A DNA stretch of 64,000 nucleotides from Octopus sinensis (GCF_006345805.1 NC_042999.1:76446001-76510000), one strand, 5' to 3'; counted from the stretch's first letter, positions 12,571-25,119 are shown. The notes: generated by a model from the sequence alone, not told the origin. Translations and numbers: made by a program.

Positions 12571-13692
12571 GAGATTGGCACAATCGTTGGTGCTTCGGCA
12601 GAGATGTTTATTAGTTTCTTACCTTAGAAATACGTTAGTTGGACAAGGTCGTATAACATGCAGCGCATTTCTAAGTAATCACCAGACTCTAAAATACTCT
12701 AAAATGATGGCTGCTCTTTGATTATAAGAAATATAGAAGGACGAGACGGTGCGAGAAATGAAGCTGATAATGGAGAAGTGATGTTACAACATTTCTTCAT
12801 CTCTTCTTCCCGCGGTGCCTATCATCTTTGTTTTAACAACTTTGATATTGTCGTCATTTATATCATTTAAGTATTTCACTGAAAGTACTATAAGTTTTGA
12901 TTGCCACTCATGTCTTGGGCTCGAGAACTTCCCGTCAAATTGCACCGTTGTTATGTGCACACATGTCAATTTCTTTGATGTAAACTCTAGCTACTTTAGA
13001 GTCCATAATTTTCGGTTAGCCGCACGAGTCGAAAGCAAATCTACGATAAAAAAATATTGCAGTGATGAGAATCCCACTTTTTACTAAACATAGTCTACGA
13101 TTTTATTACACACAGTCTTACATTTTGCTTCTTCACTTAATTTGTTTGTTTGTTTTTTGGGGTTTTTTTAAGTTGGTAGGGTGTGATTTGAAATCGGTTT
13201 GTTAGCTATTTCATAATGATCAAGAGGCTAATTAGAGACTCCCACGCTGTCTCGCTGGAGGGAGAACGAATGGTCATGGAGCAGATGATACAAAAATGGA
13301 TGATAGTATTTTTAGAGATGCAAGTATTGTTGCTGCTGCTGCTACTGATGCTGCTCCTGATGCTGCTGCTGTTGATACTGTTGGTATTGACGGCCAATTG
13401 TGCTTTCGGCTGTTCTATTAATATTAGTGGTCAAAGTTTGTTGATGGTGGTGATGGTTTTGATAATGGAATGTTGTATGTATGTAAACGGTTGAATGAGG
13501 GCTAATGGAGATAGTAGTAATGGTATTGATTGAACCGGCGGGGACGTTACTGATGGAATATACTTGAGGTGATGTTACAGATGGTATTTGATATGAAATT
13601 GATACTAATGGTGAGTTGGATGATAATGTGATGGGGTTGCTTGCAACAGTCGCGCAACAGTGTTGTTTGCACCGTTTTGCGGCGGCGTGACT

Positions 13693-13743
<51 letters not shown>

Positions 13744-14035
13744 ACAACAAACAGGGTGTTTGTTTTCGATGAAATGTTGGTGTGAGCGGTGATGGTACCG
13801 ATGTTCATAATGATATTCGTGATTGTAATCGTGGGAATGATGATGGGGTGTTGTGATCTTCATGTCGGTGGCTGCAGCGATGGTGGTGGGCATCTGGTAG
13901 TAAGTGAAGAGGGTGGCGTAATGATGCTGATAAGGTTGATTGTCTTGTTTTGTTGGTGGTAATGTGTTAGATGTGTTGGTGATGGTTGTAGTAGCCGTGT
14001 TGCTTGTTATATTGATGGTGGTGGTGGTGGTGGTG

Positions 14036-14071
<36 letters not shown>

Positions 14072-14112
14072 GTATAGTAGTAGTAGTAGTGGTGGTGGTG
14101 GTGGTGGTGGTG
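13693..14112. repeat. (GTA)n and (GGT)n trinucleotide runs in a GAT/GGT low-complexity tract
   Basis: (GTA)n 13693-13743; (GGT)n/(AGT)n 14016-14112. Explains the poly-Y/L/T ORFs. Confidence 0.9.
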
Positions 14113-15194
14113 GAGATGAGGAGCACAAGGATTTGTTGGTATTGATAGTGGTAGTTGTTAGCCTAATGGTGACTGTGGTTCATGGCAGTAATGCTTAATG
14201 GCGGTGTCGGTTGATGGCGGTATTTGTGGGTAATGAGGGAGAAGGGCAACAAAAGAAGGAAAATGAAGTCATCTATTAAAACAAATTATACAAGATGCAA
14301 TCTGTAAAGCGCGCACGCGTACACACACACACGTTCTCAAAAACTCACTCACATAAAGGGTGAAACAGATATCTAGACAGACTAATGAGAAACACAGGAA
14401 AGATGGAGATGGAAAATGGCTAGACAAAAAAGAACAGACGACAAAAAGAAACAAACGAAACTCGGAGATGATAGATAAATAGAGAATAGATAAGAATAAA
14501 TTAAACTATACTGGTGCAGTTTGCACTGAAATCGATATAAGCAAGTAATAGGATATCGAGAATGATGATATAATTCGTTGGTTGAATGATGATCGAACCG
14601 TGCATACCATATATTAGTAAATAAATACATTTAAAAATAAATTACTGATTTATTGGTTGGTGTTGTGCGCAGAGCTGGGAGTGCAGCTGACCCAGTGGAC
14701 GGACATCCAAGCGAGAGGTCAATGAATTGTGTCCTCTCTTGGGTGCTGTGTCATGTGTAAGCCGACTAGACAGATGACAAGACGGGCGCTGAATTTTCAA
14801 ATGGCCTGTATCAAATGGCCGTAGTTGTAAATAGGCGCTTGAAGATATAAAATAACCCAAATTTGATTTATATGGGCGAGAGTAAACACTGTAAAATTGT
14901 GTGACCTTGCAGTGAGCTCACTCGATACCAAATGTTTCGTCTGTATTTTGATTATTTCACATCATTTACTCCAATTACCTTCGATTTCTGATCAGGCTCA
15001 CAAGTTAATGATAAGCTTCATAACTCCTATTTGCTAACTGTTATTTGCTAACGATATATTCCATGTTAAGCCAGCAACACAATTGAGAGCATGAGGTATT
15101 TTCCGTACATCTAAATTTGTCCTTCAACATTATGTTGAGAACCATAGAAAATATGGCCAAATTCTTAAAAAGATTTAATTCATAAAAAATGTTC

Positions 15195-15658
15195 CCAATA
15201 GAGACAGAAGGTTACAAATTCTAGGAGACGGTTATAGTCGATTCAATTGACATCATTATATGACTGCTACATATTATATCAACCTCGAAAGGATAAAAAG
15301 TGAAATGAAGCCGGTGGAATTTGCCCAACGACTGCTGTTGGTGCATTGGTGCAAGGTCTCATTATGGAAGACGGTTATGGTTAAGGAAGAAAATATGCAA
15401 TTAAGCCTAGCGTGAATTGAATTTGTAGCGAAAAGACACGTAAATACATATAAAATTCATTGCCCTTTATAAAAATTCTTTCTACTATAGGCAGAGAATC
15501 TGAAGTCTTGAGGTGGAGACGGGGTTAGTCAAATTACATCAACCCCAGTCCTCAACTGGTACTCATGTGCTCGTCTCGAATTTGAACTCAAGGTAAAAGT
15601 GGACGAAATGCATAACAGCATTTTGTCCAGCTAGCTAACTACTTTGCCAGCTCACCTA
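15195..15658 (-). mobile_element. Two to three degenerate SINE family C copies
   Basis: Segments ending TTTGCCAGCTCACC and containing GAATTTGAACTCA and TTCTACTATAGGC, as in the better copy at 16083. Confidence 0.65.
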
Positions 15659-15694
15659 ATAACAACATCAATAACAAAAAACAACAACAACAAC

Positions 15695-15748
<54 letters not shown>

Positions 15749-15804
15749 TTCGTTTTGGGATTTGGTTTGCAAGATTCTTTATGTGAGTTGGTGTGTTGAA
15801 GCAG

Positions 15805-16068
15805 ATTCTGTTGTGTCTGGGGAGAGTCATTTTTTTTTGTGCCTTATAATTTAATACACTCACCGGTAAAATTTCCACTTATTCCTTATTTCTATTTTCC
15901 TAAAATTTTCGTTGCGTCTTGCAACCTTTTCAGAGTCAAGACTATAGAAAAGGTTGCAAGACGCAACGAAAACTTTAGGAAAATAAGGAACATGTGGAAA
16001 TTTTACCGGTGAGTGTGTTTATTTATATGGCACAAAAATAAAATGACTCTCCCCAGATACAACAGAAT
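15805..16068. repeat. Foldback element: about 125-bp inverted arms around a 15-nt spacer
   Basis: ATTCTGTTGTGTCTGGGGAGAGTCAT...GCAACCTTTTC / GAAAAGGTTGC...ATGACTCTCCCCAGATACAACAGAAT; a few mismatches and one about 8-nt indel. Confidence 0.9.
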
Positions 16069-16082
16069 AATGATAATAATAA

Positions 16083-16293
16083 TCTTTTCTACTATAGGCA
16101 CAAGGCCTGAAATTTGTGGGAAGGGGACCAGTCGAGTAGATAGACGCAGTGCACAACCGGTACTTAATTTATCAACTTCAAGAGAATGGAAGGCAAAGCC
16201 GACCTCGGCAGAATTTGAACTCTGAAAGCAAAGACGAATTAAATGCAGCTAAGCATTTTACCCGGCATGCTAGCAATTCTACCAGCTCGCCGC
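16083..16293 (-). mobile_element. tRNA-derived SINE family C
   Basis: Minus head GGCGGCGAGCTGGTAGAATTGCTAGC, B-box GAGTTCAAATTC, tail GGCCTTGTGCCTATAGTAGAAAAG. Confidence 0.85.
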
Positions 16294-16302
16294 CTTGTTC
16301 TT

Positions 16303-16363
16303 GCTGTTGTTGTTGTTGTTGTTGTTGCTGTTGTTGTTGTTGTTGTTGTTGTTGTTGTGTTGC

Positions 16364-16397
<34 letters not shown>

Positions 16398-16416
16398 GAT
16401 GATGATGATGATGATG
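16303..16416. repeat. (GTT)n/(GAT)n microsatellite
   Basis: Directly visible. Confidence 0.95.
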
Positions 16417-16987
16417 GTTTGTTACATAATAACATAGCCACAGATTTGGAAAGAGGCATCGATTAAATAAATCCCAGTACTTTTCATTTAAGTATATCGT
16501 GCATTTTCTGAAGAGTAGTATCGTTGGCTATAAGTTTACCATGGGCCAACCATTTGTTCATTGGAAGTTCGATGACGATACTGACAAAGAAGTGTCACTT
16601 AATGCCGAAAGAAAATAGCCTAAACTACTGTTGTTCTAAGGACCGATTTATCAGTTTTCTCCCCAATGCTTACGTTCTTCGTTGATGTATATTCATAAAA
16701 ACCTATACAGATTTGTAGGAAAGGTTATAGACATGTATATAGACGACAAGCTTCCCAATTTCCATCCACAAATATTTTTCTTACAAAGTATTGGCTAACT
16801 TGAGATCAGATGAAAATATATTTGTTCAAGAAGCTAAGTGTTGAGATCGGACCCAGAATCAAGTGCCTGCGAACCAAATTTCTTAATCGTGCATCTATTA
16901 TAGTTTGACCAGTACTATGTTAACGATCCAGAAGCATAAAATGCTAAGTTGATTCCGATTAAACTTGAAATGTAAACGAACTCTAAT

Positions 16988-17192
16988 TCTTTTCTACTGT
17001 AGGCACAAGGCCCGAAATTTTGTGGGAGTGGGCCAGTCAGTTAAATCGACTCCAGTACGTAACTGGTACGTATTTTTATCGATCCCGAAAGGATGAAAGG
17101 CAAAGTCGACCTCGGCGGAAATTGAACGCAGAACATAATGACAGACGAAATACTGCTAAGCATTTCGCACAGTGTGCTAACGTTTCTGCCAG
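16988..17192 (-). mobile_element. SINE family C
   Basis: Colinear with 16083-16293. Confidence 0.8.
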
Positions 17193-17554
17193 CTTTAAAC
17201 GAACTCTAATTAATGTATTTAACGCTTCCGATTGAGAATTGACCATGTATTTCTACGTGGAAATTCCTCTCCAGCTCACAGCTAGTATTTTGTTTTTTAA
17301 CAGAAAGCTAGCAGTAAGTCATCCCTATCCATGTCACCGACAGTGTGAAATGGAGATATAAATAAATATGCAACTTCGAATTAGAATCTCTCAAACGACC
17401 TTAAAACGTAAAATGTTGAACAAATACAGATTCTAACAACCCTAAACTACATTATATTTAATACTTGTTCCTAGTTATAAATAGATTGCGCAATGTATTC
17501 TTGTTTTTCGCAGCTTTATGCTTTCTGCCTTCTACTACGCTTCCTCTACAAACC

Positions 17555-17735
17555 ATGATTTCTAACATTGGCACCAACTCAGACTGGTACAGTCGATTAC
17601 AAACCAATCAGTACGTAAGCATTTATTATTATATCGACGCCAGAAAGATGAAATGTAACGTCAGACCCGGCGGAATTTAAATGCAGAGCATAGAGGGAGA
17701 TAAATACCGCAAGGCACTCAAGTGATTCCACCATG
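17555..17735 (-). mobile_element. Degenerate SINE family C
   Basis: TTTATTATTATATCGACGCCAGAAAGATGAAA...CGGCGGAATTTAAA matches the family core. Confidence 0.55.
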
Positions 17736-17840
17736 CATCTCCTTCCTTCTAATGATTTATACAATCGCCAACAGTGACACACGTCATACTACTACTATTA
17801 CTACTATTATTAACAACAACAACAGCAACAACAACAATAT

Positions 17841-17880
<40 letters not shown>

Positions 17881-18667
17881 AATACAATAACAACTACTGA
17901 TTTAGTTATTAAATCATAGAGGAGACGTTTATAGCTTCATTAAACATTTAATTATCTAATATAATTATACTTCGAGATCTTTCTTTCGTCTTGAAAGAAA
18001 TCATTTGATTGATCAGAATAAGCAAGGAGATATAGCAAAAGATTTATCAATTTTTCCTATTCATTTACTCTTATAACTATTGATTTATTACACTGTCACA
18101 AAATTTGTTTTGTTTAGGTGTTTTTGTCTTGTTTTCTTCCTTTTTGCTTTTTTTTTATATAAGTAGAGAGTATAGTCGATAAATCGACGTCAGTATATCA
18201 CTGATACTGTATATACCGATTGGAGGTGACGATGACAACTGAAGACGACTCGTCAAAATTCGAATCTAGAACATAGATACTGTAAGAGTATTTTAGCTGG
18301 CGTTCTAATGTTGGTGGTGCTACTTCACCAAATTGACTGTTACAAAAAAATTGTTTTGTTTTCAATTTCGTCTTGATTCGGTACAAAACCCTATATTTTA
18401 GAGAAAGTGAAATGTAATACCAATGAAATGTAATGCCAGTACATGTCCGTGAATCAATGGCAGGGAAGCAAATCGGTATCAGATAGAAGCTGAAAATATT
18501 TCGCCAACTAAGATTATCTCATGCCCTCACACTTCGTTACAAATATTGGATTCTTATACTGTCAGGCAACCGCATACATTTTAGATCAGTGGTGTAGAAG
18601 ATTGAATCCTAACCAGTTCATGTATGGAACTTTTTTATCGATTTCCACCTCCAACTAGATTAACAGC

Positions 18668-18824
18668 AAAGCTAGCTTTGTGATAAGGAGCTTGCTTGCC
18701 AACCACATTTTTCCGGGTTCAGTCCCACTGTGTGGCACCTTGGGCAAGTATCTTCTATTACAGACTCGGGCCGATAAGAGCCTTCTGAGTGGATTTGGTA
18801 GATAGAAATTAAAGCAAGCCCATC

Positions 18825-18882
<58 letters not shown>

Positions 18883-19090
18883 GTTTGTGTGCCTATGTTT
18901 GTCCCCCAACATCCCTTGACAACCGAGGCTGGTGTGTTTACGTCCCCGTAACTTAGCTGTTCCACAAAAGAGACCGTAGAATAAGTACTAGGCTTACAAA
19001 GAATAAGTCCTGTGGTCGATTTACTCGACTAAAGGCGGTGTTCCAGCATGGCCGTAGTCAAATGACCGAAACAAATAAAAGAATAAAAGA
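18668..19090 (+). mobile_element. tRNA-derived SINE family A (CORE-like) with internal (TA)n
   Basis: GGGTTCAGTCCCACTG.GTGGCACCTTGGGCAAG head and core; tail GGCGGTGTTCCAGCATGGCC...TAAAAGAATAAAAG. Confidence 0.9.
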
Positions 19091-19320
19091 ATATATATAT
19101 ATACATATATATACACACATATATATGCATATATACATATACATATATATACACACACATACATATATATAGATATATATACACATACATAAATACATAT
19201 ATATATACACATACATATATACATATATATATATACACATATATACATATATATATATATACACATATACATATATACATGCATATATATATATGTACAT
19301 ATGCATATACATATATATAT

Positions 19321-19376
<56 letters not shown>

Positions 19377-19420
19377 ACACACACACATATATAAATATAT
19401 GTGTGTGTATGTATATATAT
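19091..19420. repeat. (TA)n/(TACA)n microsatellite
   Basis: Directly visible. Confidence 0.95.
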
Positions 19421-21296
19421 GACACTCTAAAGTCAGAATAGCTAAGTAAATAACGCACAATCATATTTCTGTCAAATTACTGATAAGGTTTGCTTCACGA
19501 CTCTTCTATAATTTTAAATATTAATATCTGACCTAGCCTAGAGGCAACAGATTTATAGATATATGATGTTGTCGAAAGCTTACAATTTGTTTTTTTAGAA
19601 AAGTACAGCCGACACGTAACACTGAATTTGAATGTTCTTTCCACTGATTAAGACGAAATGAGCTTGTTGGTAGTTTTGCTATTCTCTACATTTGCGTGAT
19701 CGATTAAATGAACCAAAGTGTACCGCTGTTAGTGAGTTTTATCGAACTCTGCTTTTGAATGAATGATTACATGAATATAGTCTCAACTGATAACTTTTAT
19801 GCATTTACCCCTGTCTTCTAACGTCTTGATAATTTCTACCTTCTTAACTAATTAACAAAAATGTTATATACTTCGAGATCTTTCTTTTAATTAGGTATCA
19901 AGGTTCAGTAATCTAGGGCAGTGTCGTCATGGATATACTTACACTCACGAAATACCGGTAGAGTTTAGCGATGTGTAAGAATTCAACAGCAAAGTGAAAC
20001 CAATTGTCGAAGATTCAATGGACGCAGCATTTAATTCTGGTTTACGTGTTACAGTTTTATTATAAAAAAAAAAAATTATTTAACAAACAAAATTAATAAC
20101 GTTACTCTTCGATGCCCATGCATTTCTTAATTGTTTAACGTCATTATTCATTATCTGAATATTAATTAATTATGTTATTTAATAACAAGGTCAGTAATTC
20201 TTGTGAAGATTACAGTTGAACAAATGGATCTAAGTAGATTCATGTTGCTATCGAAGCCTTAATTATGAAAGGCTGACTTAATGCAAGAGAGGCGTGATTG
20301 AAGATAAAACGAAGACAAACTAAAGAGTAAAAATATAAATTTTTCGTATTATTTGGTCACAAATATTCATTATCCGGGAAAATGGTAAATGATATGTATG
20401 GCACATTGAGTATATTTTCAAACAATTTTTGTAGCACAAGAGCAAAGAAATGATTTTCGAAAAACCTAGACAGAACTGAATTTATAAGGGTCTGCAGCTA
20501 AATACTAAAAATTATTTTTTCCATTTTTTTCTTTGCTTTCTTCCTTTCTTTTACTTTGTGTGCTTGACTATCTCTCAGTCGATCACCCATTGATCTTCAG
20601 CGCGTAAACAATAATTTTCTCTAATTCTGCAAAAATGAAATTAGGGGAGGGTAAGCATATTCGATACAGACAAGACTTGAACTCAGGAACCGTAATCGAT
20701 ACACCTGGTATTTAGTACTGCACCCTAACGGTCTCTGACAACTTATTCATAAACTCAGAATTGTTGGAAACGATTCACAAACGCACGCATGCCCACACAC
20801 GCGTGTGATTTCGCGTAAAACAGAGATTGCCAGTAAGAAAGACATTTATTTGAAATAAGAGTTATTAACTGTAAACACTGGAGAAGATAAAATGGCACTG
20901 AATGTTATTGTTCGAAGCTGATAATGAGATGTAATAATACATTACACTGCATTTGATAACTGTTGTTCTCCAAAACAAGCTGGCTATTATTGCACGATTC
21001 AGCAGGTTTAGTGTAACCTGTAGGTTTAATGTAATAAGCAAGTTTCTTTTTGTTTTTATTTCTTTTCATATCTGTATAATACAATGAATCTTCAACTGGA
21101 AACAGATCATTTAACAATAATAGGTGTTAAAATGAACTGACAAATTGTCGACAGGACTCACTAGAAACTCGGCTGCAGCTTCAATGCAATAGACTTTTGT
21201 GATTCTAATTTGTCATTCTACGTATCTAAATAACTATTCCTCTCTCTGTGTACAGATTGAGGGATTTATAATAATTAGAGTGTATATTTACAATCA

Positions 21297-21334
<38 letters not shown>

Positions 21335-21395
21335 AACACACACACACACACACCACACACACACACACATATATATATATAATATATATACACAA

Positions 21396-21546
21396 CAGGC
21401 TTCTTTCAGTTTCCGTCTACCAAATCTACTCACAAGGTTATAGTCGACCCGAGGCTATAGTAGGAGACACTTGCCCAAGGTACTACGCAGTGGGACTGAA
21501 CCCGGAAATATGAGGTTGGTATGCAAGCTACTTACCACACGGCCAC
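21396..21546 (-). mobile_element. SINE family A, 5' part
   Basis: Reverse complement of the head and core of the adjacent copy at 21616. Confidence 0.85.
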
Positions 21547-21615
21547 ACACACATGTATGTACACATTGACACACACACACACACATATATATAAACATAC
21601 ACATATATACATATA

Positions 21616-22023
21616 GGCGCAGAAATGGGTGTGTGGTAAGTAGCTTACTTACAAACCACATGGTTCAGGGTTCAGGCCTACTGCGTGGCACTTTGGGCAA
21701 GTGTCTTCTACTATAGCCTCGGGCCTCCCAAAGCCTGGTCAGTGGATTTGGTAGACGGAAACTGAAAAAAGCAATATATATATATGCAAGTGTGTGTGTG
21801 TGTATGTATGACTGTGTGTCTATGTTCGTCTCCACCAATATTACTTGACAACAGATGCTGGTGTGTTTACGTCCCCGTAACTTAGCAGTCCGGCAAAAGA
21901 GAACGAGAGAATAAGCACTAGGCTTACAAAGAATAAGCTCTGGAGTCGATTTGCTCGACTAAAGGCGGTGCTCCAGCATGGCTGCAAACAAATGTCTGAA
22001 ATAATCAGAAAAAGAAAAAGAAA
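21616..22023 (+). mobile_element. SINE family A, full length
   Basis: GGCGCAG...GTGTGGTAAGTAGCTT...GGGTTCAGG...CTTTGGGCAAGTGTCTT...GGCGGTGCTCCAGCATGGC. Confidence 0.9.
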
Positions 22024-22063
<40 letters not shown>

Positions 22064-22087
22064 ATATAGACACGCACACATATATTT

Positions 22088-22130
<43 letters not shown>

Positions 22131-22140
22131 TACTCTTGAA

Positions 22141-22320
22141 TGCTACTGGTAACATGTAATCTAGTACTACCTGTTGCATGATCGTGTCGTCGGCGACTAA
22201 ACTAGCAACCCCACCAAGCCCTGCTTGGTGATGAGGATGATTGTTGGACTCACTGTGGGACGAAGGGTAAGATCCGCCAAAGGGTGGAGGGACTCATGTT
22301 TAGTCAACTACCATCCAACA
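22141..22320 (+). repeat. Interspersed repeat, partial copy of 35780-36310 (probable RTE-type 5' UTR)
   Basis: Clear alignment with 35780-35960. The RTE assignment is from recollection of RTE leader motifs. Confidence 0.6.
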
Positions 22321-22387
22321 AATATGTGTAAATATGTATATATAGATTTTATATATTCTTATATGTATATATATGTATATTTTTACT

Positions 22388-22438
<51 letters not shown>

Positions 22439-22528
22439 CATACAAACAAACAACCTATACATACATACTCATGCACACACACAAATACACACAGACACAA
22501 ACATAAACACAGTCACAAACAAACACAC

Positions 22529-22559
<31 letters not shown>

Positions 22560-22564
<5 letters not shown>

Positions 22565-23051
22565 GATCGAGCTATGGTGCTTAGTAAAAGACAGCCTAAA
22601 AACTTGAAAACATTACTAACAAAGGCAAAATTTGACCTCAGCAACAAAGACCAAACATTCACGGTATCTAAATGCAATGATAGCCGATGTGGCACATGCC
22701 AATTCATACATACCGGTCAATATATAAACACAAAAACCGGGAAAATATTCACAAACGCGAATATGAACTGCAAAAGCAGAAATTTAATTTACTGCATCAA
22801 ATGCCCAAATTGTGAAGAAATATATGTAGGTCAGACGGGAAACGCACTATTAGAACGCTCACGTGTACACCGGCAACAGATTAGAGACCCAGAGGTCCGT
22901 CAGATACCTTTGAGTAACCACCTAGCAACATGTGGTCGGAAAATATATAATATTTCCATTCTACAAATTACACAGCCCAAGTGAAATCGAGAGGAAAATC
23001 AGAGAAAAGAATTTTATTGATAAATTCGAACCCAAGCTAAATAAGCAATAA
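22560..23051 (+). mobile_element. Penelope-like element C-terminus with GIY-YIG endonuclease (one frameshift)
   Basis: RQPKNLKTLL..CNDSRCGTC..NCKSRNLIYCIKCPNCEEIYVGQT..RVHRQQI..HL. A one-base shift near 22951-22956 restores IFPFYKL..EIERKIREKNFIDKFEPKLNKQ* (stop 23049-23051). Confidence 0.9.
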
Positions 23052-23368
23052 TAATAATACTTAGAGGTATTACTTCCACTGCTACGACCATGACCACTAA
23101 CAACAACAACAATACTAAAGGTGATCAAGATGAAGATAGCAGGAAAATTATCTTATTTAGGGTTAAAAATTCTATTGCCACCACCATCACCACTAGCAAC
23201 AATAATTAAGGTGCTGACAATGATGATGATGACAATTGAAATATAAAAATATAAAAATCTCTGACAAAGGATATTTACAACATTTCTAAAAATAACTCAA
23301 CAATTGCTGCTTCGGCCAGGGTCAAGGTACAGGACTCTTGACATGTCCAACAAAGCGTGATGCCTAAA

Positions 23369-23483
23369 CCAATCAGCTCAACCAACCAATCAGCTTAAGT
23401 AATTGAGTGATACTACACACTGATTGGTCAGAATACAGTTTGCAAAACCTAGCACTCTGGAGCCTCTCCCAGCTGTATTTATA
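23369..23483 (+). promoter_or_regulatory. Three CCAAT boxes plus a TATA-like motif in the PLE terminal repeat
   Basis: CCAATCAG at 23369 and 23386, reverse ATTGG at 23423, TATTTATA at 23476. Confidence 0.4.
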
Positions 23484-23546
23484 GCACAGAATCAATCATC
23501 TTGCTACAGTCAAAAATTGTGAAGCATGACTGTCAACACTACTACA

Positions 23547-23591
23547 TGAACCCGAAGATTGCAGAATTCAATGCATGAAAGTACTAGTTCA
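23547..23591 (+). ncRNA. Minimal type I hammerhead ribozyme (PLE-type), core variant U4C
   Basis: Stem I TGAAC/GTTCA; core CCGAAGA; stem II TGCA/TGCA; GAAA; palindromic stem III AGTACT; predicted CUA cut after 23586. Confidence 0.7.
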
Positions 23592-23739
23592 ATCAGAATG
23601 AATATTTAACATTCTACTATTTCATTTTATTTTATTCAATTATAATATATTATCTTATAATATATCATTATAAGATTGTAAATAAAACGTGAAAATCAGA
23701 CAAGGTTGGAATTCTTTTTATTAATATATATATATATAT

Positions 23740-24340
23740 ATGTAAACAGTAAAAATGATTACAGACATGGACAAGAACATGAAACACCAAAGAGACGACA
23801 CAAGAACCACAGGACGGGACATTCGAAGCCCTCAGTCATCAGTCAAGAACCAGATCATCTTAACAATTTCGGCTGATTAATCTTGAGATTGCTCCGATTT
23901 GGGCAGCCCGCCATGGGAAATCTAAGCCAAGCGCATTAGATCCCCTGGAAGAAAGCTTCGAATGTATACAACACGAGGACGGAAAACGAACGAAGTACAC
24001 GAACAAAAATACAGAATACGTGACACCAATAAGAATACAAAAACGTAAAAACAATAACGGTAAAACTAAAAAACAAAACAAAACCAGGACGTAGGACAAG
24101 GGTCTTTCGACAGGACGAGTTGAGTTTAGGGCTGGCTTATGAAGTTGTGCCTAATGGCCGCAGGGAGACGAACAAATACGTGTTGCTTCGGCGACTGCTG
24201 GAACGAAAAGGGCGCTCAGCAGTGGCTAGCGGTCACGTGAGAACAAAAGACAGGAGAAAGGGACAGATGAAAAGAGAGAGAAGGTGGACGAGGGAGGAGA
24301 AGAAAGAGACAGATCGAGGGGACTGGAGGTGAGAGAGATA
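23740..24340 (-). repeat. Unclassified repeat-like segment, possibly another PLE terminal region
   Basis: GC-richer, strand-skewed segment with a decayed CTGATGA...CGAATGTC motif on minus (23817-23843); no coding motif recognised. Confidence 0.3.
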
Positions 24341-24502
24341 GAGAAACGTAGAAGGGGGGGGGAAAGACGGATGGAGAGGGAAAGAAAGGAAGGGGAATAA
24401 GGGAGGAGAGAGAGAGAGAGAGAAAGAGACAGATCAAGAGTCGTATCAATGCTAGAGAAAAAATATACTTATCGTATAAGGACAATTGTGGATACGTAGC
24501 CG

Positions 24503-24543
<41 letters not shown>

Positions 24544-25117
24544 TGTATATATATATGTATGTATGTATGTATATATATATATTCGATTGAATAGAAAATA
24601 TTGCATATAATACCAGGCGATTTAGAAGCATTTCAATGTAATATATTATTATAAACATCGATGCACAGAATATGATTTAAAATGTTCGTGTGAGTGTGTT
24701 AGAGACAAGCAGAAGTCTTTTTTCGCTATATTATGTGATTCTTTCTTCTTGTCCTTCGGTTGCTTTTCTTTTTCTTTTTTTTTTATGCCAATCTGATTGC
24801 AATGCGTAAGGCTCTCAAAGTAACAATGAATTTTGTTAATAGGAAAGTGCACGGATGAAATTTCAACCGGAAATTGAACTAACCACTATTGAAAAAAACC
24901 TTTCGTGTATGCTACTGCATGATAAATTGAGGCTGAAGGCCAAAGTATCACAAATGATCAAACGTTTTTGCCAATGTTGGTCGTGAAGAGTGACAAATCT
25001 CTCTGCTGTGTTTGGCCATCCGTGAACAAAGGGAAATATTTTGTAAGGGCTGATGAAATGGGACGAAATAAATGCTGCTTTTTTTTTCCATCGCATACCA
25101 TTATAATCATTGTTTTT

Positions 25118-25119
25118 GC

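Noticed and set aside
23817-23850. Minus-strand CTGATGA...CGAATGTC
   Set aside because: GAAA is broken and stem I does not pair; noted only as a possible relic.
25045-25075. CTGATGA-AATGGGAC-GAAA
   Set aside because: No stem II, III or I pairing. Similar core-only matches at 8768(-), 18240, 26415, 45470 and 54345 were rejected for the same reason.
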